From the NCBI GenBank assembly GCA_050575255.1, contig JBNZDD010013635.1:654947-718946 (forward strand): a stretch of DNA of 64,000 bases, given 5' to 3'. The notes below the pieces were generated by a model. It made no database searches, was not told the origin of the DNA, and worked only from the letters and a program-made list of their open reading frames with translations. Shown here piece after piece: positions 61,596 to 64,000 of this stretch. Made by a program: the position numbers and the translations under genes. Source of the stretch: Harriotta raleighana. Its lineage: Eukaryota. Position 1 is the first letter of the stretch; each line of letters begins with the position of its first letter.

Positions 61596-61665
61596 CTACA
61601 ACAACAGCAGCAGTATGCACTTATATAGCACCCTCCACACGGGGATTAATGTCCCAAAGCATTTA
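61596..61665 (-). mobile_element. Degenerate L2 tail
   Basis: ACAACAACAGC...TGCACTTATATAGCACC...GTCCCAAAGCATT. Confidence 0.55.
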
Positions 61666-63171
61666 AAGGATGTGCAGAAAAAGGAAGCACATCATCAAAT
61701 TAATCAACTACTTCAAGTGAGTGAAAAATCAGCAGTTATGTTTAGATTTCCTTTAAAGGTTTAACAGTTTGGGTGAAGCTGCAGGACACACAATAACCCA
61801 AGGTTACATATCAGACTAGTTGTTCAGAATGAGTAGTCCGGGAAAGAGATAGATAAAAGTCAATAAGTGCTATTGAATATCAGTTAATTAGTTTCTATAA
61901 CAGGGCTGAGCCATGAAGGGCTGAGCCACGGATCCCATTTATATGAGGTGGGGTCAAGTTGGAGAGAAGATGAATAGGGAACATTGCTCAATGAAAGTCA
62001 CCTCAGGAAGCTTTTCAAGCAGAATTTGTGAGAGGTTGTGAGCAGGTCCTGGCTGCTCTTTGATGCAACATCAATAATAAAATGGAGAAAAAATATATAG
62101 CTTAAAGCAGTGGTCCTTTTTGACAAAGCACAAGTTCCATGATAAAACAAATTTCCACTTACTCTCAGTTGCTTTACTCGCTCAATTATATTACAATGCA
62201 ACACAGAGATAATGGGGTTAGAAACGCAGTTACAGAAAGAACTCTTGTCACGTGAATACAGAGACTTGTAAAGACAGAAGAAATCTATTCATTCAAGGAA
62301 ACTGACCCAGTAATAAGTAAATAAATAAAAACAAGTTTTAAACTATTATCTTGTGGATGTTAGTTCCTCTCCCTCGTTGAAAACCAGCATTAAGGATAAT
62401 TACGATACATGTTAAGTTCACATGTCTAATGAACGAAACAGGAAATAACTTGACAAGTTGAATCGACTCCTTGAACAGTGTTGATGGCTACAATTTAGTG
62501 TCTAATCAGTTTGGGATGCTTTGAAAACAAAGACAGTCTAACAATCTTAGTTTAGTTCTTTATTCAAACTTGAACTGTGCTCACTTTGTACTTGAACTAG
62601 TTCTGATTGATAACTGTTAACAAATTGGTAGCAGTCAGTTAATATATTGTAGCTATCTATTATACTTTTAAAAAATAGGTTCCATTGACTATTACCAACT
62701 ATCCAGACTGGAAGTGGTGTGAGAGAATCCTGATACTGTACCAGGGCACAGCTGGGGAGAAGTTCCACATGAATCTGAACTTATTTAATTGATGTAGCAC
62801 CTTAGCACAACCAGAATTTGCCTAATTGTTGAAGTAAGTTTGAAAGAATGTCATCTTTTTGTGAAATGTTAAAAAAAATGACAGTATGAAGATATGTTCA
62901 ATGGATGTCGCGTGACATAGTCAGATCCATAAGGTGGGAAAACAGAAAAGAAGTCAGTTTGTAACCAAGAATGTCTGTGACTTTGCATAATGAATTCAGA
63001 AGCAATTCCTTAACAGCTACATAATGGGTTCCACAGCACAAATGACATTGGACTTGACCTGGGTGGAACTTCCTTTATTATTGCTTACAATTAAACAATA
63101 AACCTGTAATACTTTCAATTTAAATGAGTAGGACTTTCCATTTAAAAAATAATAATAATTCAGTTTCTAAT

Positions 63172-63513
63172 ATGAATCCTGTGGCTCAGTGGTTAGAGCA
63201 CTCGCCTTACATGCCTTGCAAGCATGAGACCTGTGTTCGAATCCAGGGAGATCAGGGCGAAACCTTGGGCAAGTTTCCTTACTCCACATGCCTAATAATA
63301 ATCCCTCCAAAAAAAAAAAACTACAATAATAAAATTGGTCATTTCAATCTATGACTGTTTGTGGGACGCTGCTGTGCGCAATTGGCTGCCGCGTTCCGCC
63401 CACAAATATACAGTCAATTCACTTTACAGTATATTCTGTGAAGCGCTTTGGGACGTTGATAAGATGTGAAAAGCGCTATATCAAATGCAAGGATTATTAT
63501 TATTATTATTATT
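63172..63513 (+). mobile_element. Full-length young SINE with a 9-bp duplication in the anticodon arm
   Basis: Intact A- and B-boxes, GCCTTACAT-GCCTTGCAA tandem, long (ATT)n tail. Very similar to the 31063 copy. Confidence 0.93.
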
Positions 63514-63766
63514 AATCCCTTGTGTCCTGTGGGACGACAAACGAATGTGCCAGATTCCAAATTTGGTTCTTTAAATTGGATGAAGTTTCCACCACATTTT
63601 CCTGTGGGAAGAATGAAGATTATGTAACCTACAAATGAGCAGACCAAATATTCTTGAAAACTGCACTTACTTGAGTAATCTTGCTGCAAGATGACATAAC
63701 GTCACAGGTTTCTGTGGGTTTTGTTTACAAAGAATAACATCATATATATATTTATATTTATGTAAA

Positions 63767-63862
63767 CTTGGCTCAGTTGGAAGTACTCTTTCATTCTAAG
63801 TCTTAAGGTTGTGAGTTGAAGTCCTATATTTGGACATTGAACTCATAATCTAAGATGATTAT
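63767..63862 (+). mobile_element. Old DeuSINE-type head interrupted by a younger SINE
   Basis: CTTGGCTCAGTTGGAAGTACTCT...AAGGTTGTGAGTTGAAGTCC...CATAATCTAAG. Confidence 0.6.
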
Positions 63863-63863
63863 T

Positions 63864-64000
63864 GTGGAATCCTGTAGCTCAGTGGTTAGAGCACTCGCCC
63901 TGCAAGCGAGAGACCTGGGTTTGATTCCAGTCAAGGCAAAACCTTGGGCAAGTTTCCTTACTCCATAAACCTGATAATAATCTCTTGAAAGAACAATGAC
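63864..64000 (+). mobile_element. Young SINE 5' part, truncated by the window end
   Basis: GGAATCCTGTAGCTCAGTGGTTAGAGCACTCGCCCTGCAAGCGAGAGACCTGGG...AAACCTTGGGCAAGTTTCC. Confidence 0.92.

Noticed and set aside
593-63689. About 150 short ORFs in the track, many with TVCGTLLCAIGC.../KCKDYYYY-type peptides
   Set aside because: They are translations of SINE or L2 copies, or chance ORFs (many with non-ATG starts), with no recognisable protein homology apart from the L2 ORF2 tails.
63864-63940. tRNA-Val/Ala-like genes (and the other SINE heads)
   Set aside because: D, anticodon and T arms are present, but there is no 3' acceptor-stem strand and each head continues into a SINE body.

Overview
AT-rich, CpG-poor vertebrate genomic DNA. 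The repeat content suggests a cartilaginous fish, probably a chimaera/holocephalan (inference only). The window looks almost entirely intronic to one minus-strand gene. Its only credible coding feature is the large first coding exon (22371-24440, 690 codons, ending ...PEVIK at an AAG|GTAAGT donor) of the PR130-type PP2A B'' regulatory subunit, recognised as PPP2R3A-like; the A/B paralog cannot be settled from this exon alone. A probable acceptor at 25033-25034 implies a ~590-nt 5'UTR segment with 12 upstream ATGs. I found no other exon of the gene, no CpG island and no PR72-type alternative first exon. The rest contains about 20 copies or fragments of a tRNA-headed SINE with an L2-type tail, L2 and CR1 3' fragments, older DeuSINE-like and AmnSINE2-like relics, and a Penelope-type fragment carrying a minimal hammerhead ribozyme motif. 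Two duplications abut single-N gaps and are probably assembly artefacts; a third (119 bp, 44333/45468) looks like a genuine templated insertion. I see no support for a wholly new biological system. The best leads are the hammerhead, the covarying SINE/L2 3' stem-loop with its ~65-bp stand-alone copies, the chimeric SINE architecture, a perfect 22-bp hairpin, the templated insertion and the regulatory features around the PR130 exon. Repeat boundaries are approximate (+/- ~10 bp), and family names come from recalled consensus sequences, not from database searches.
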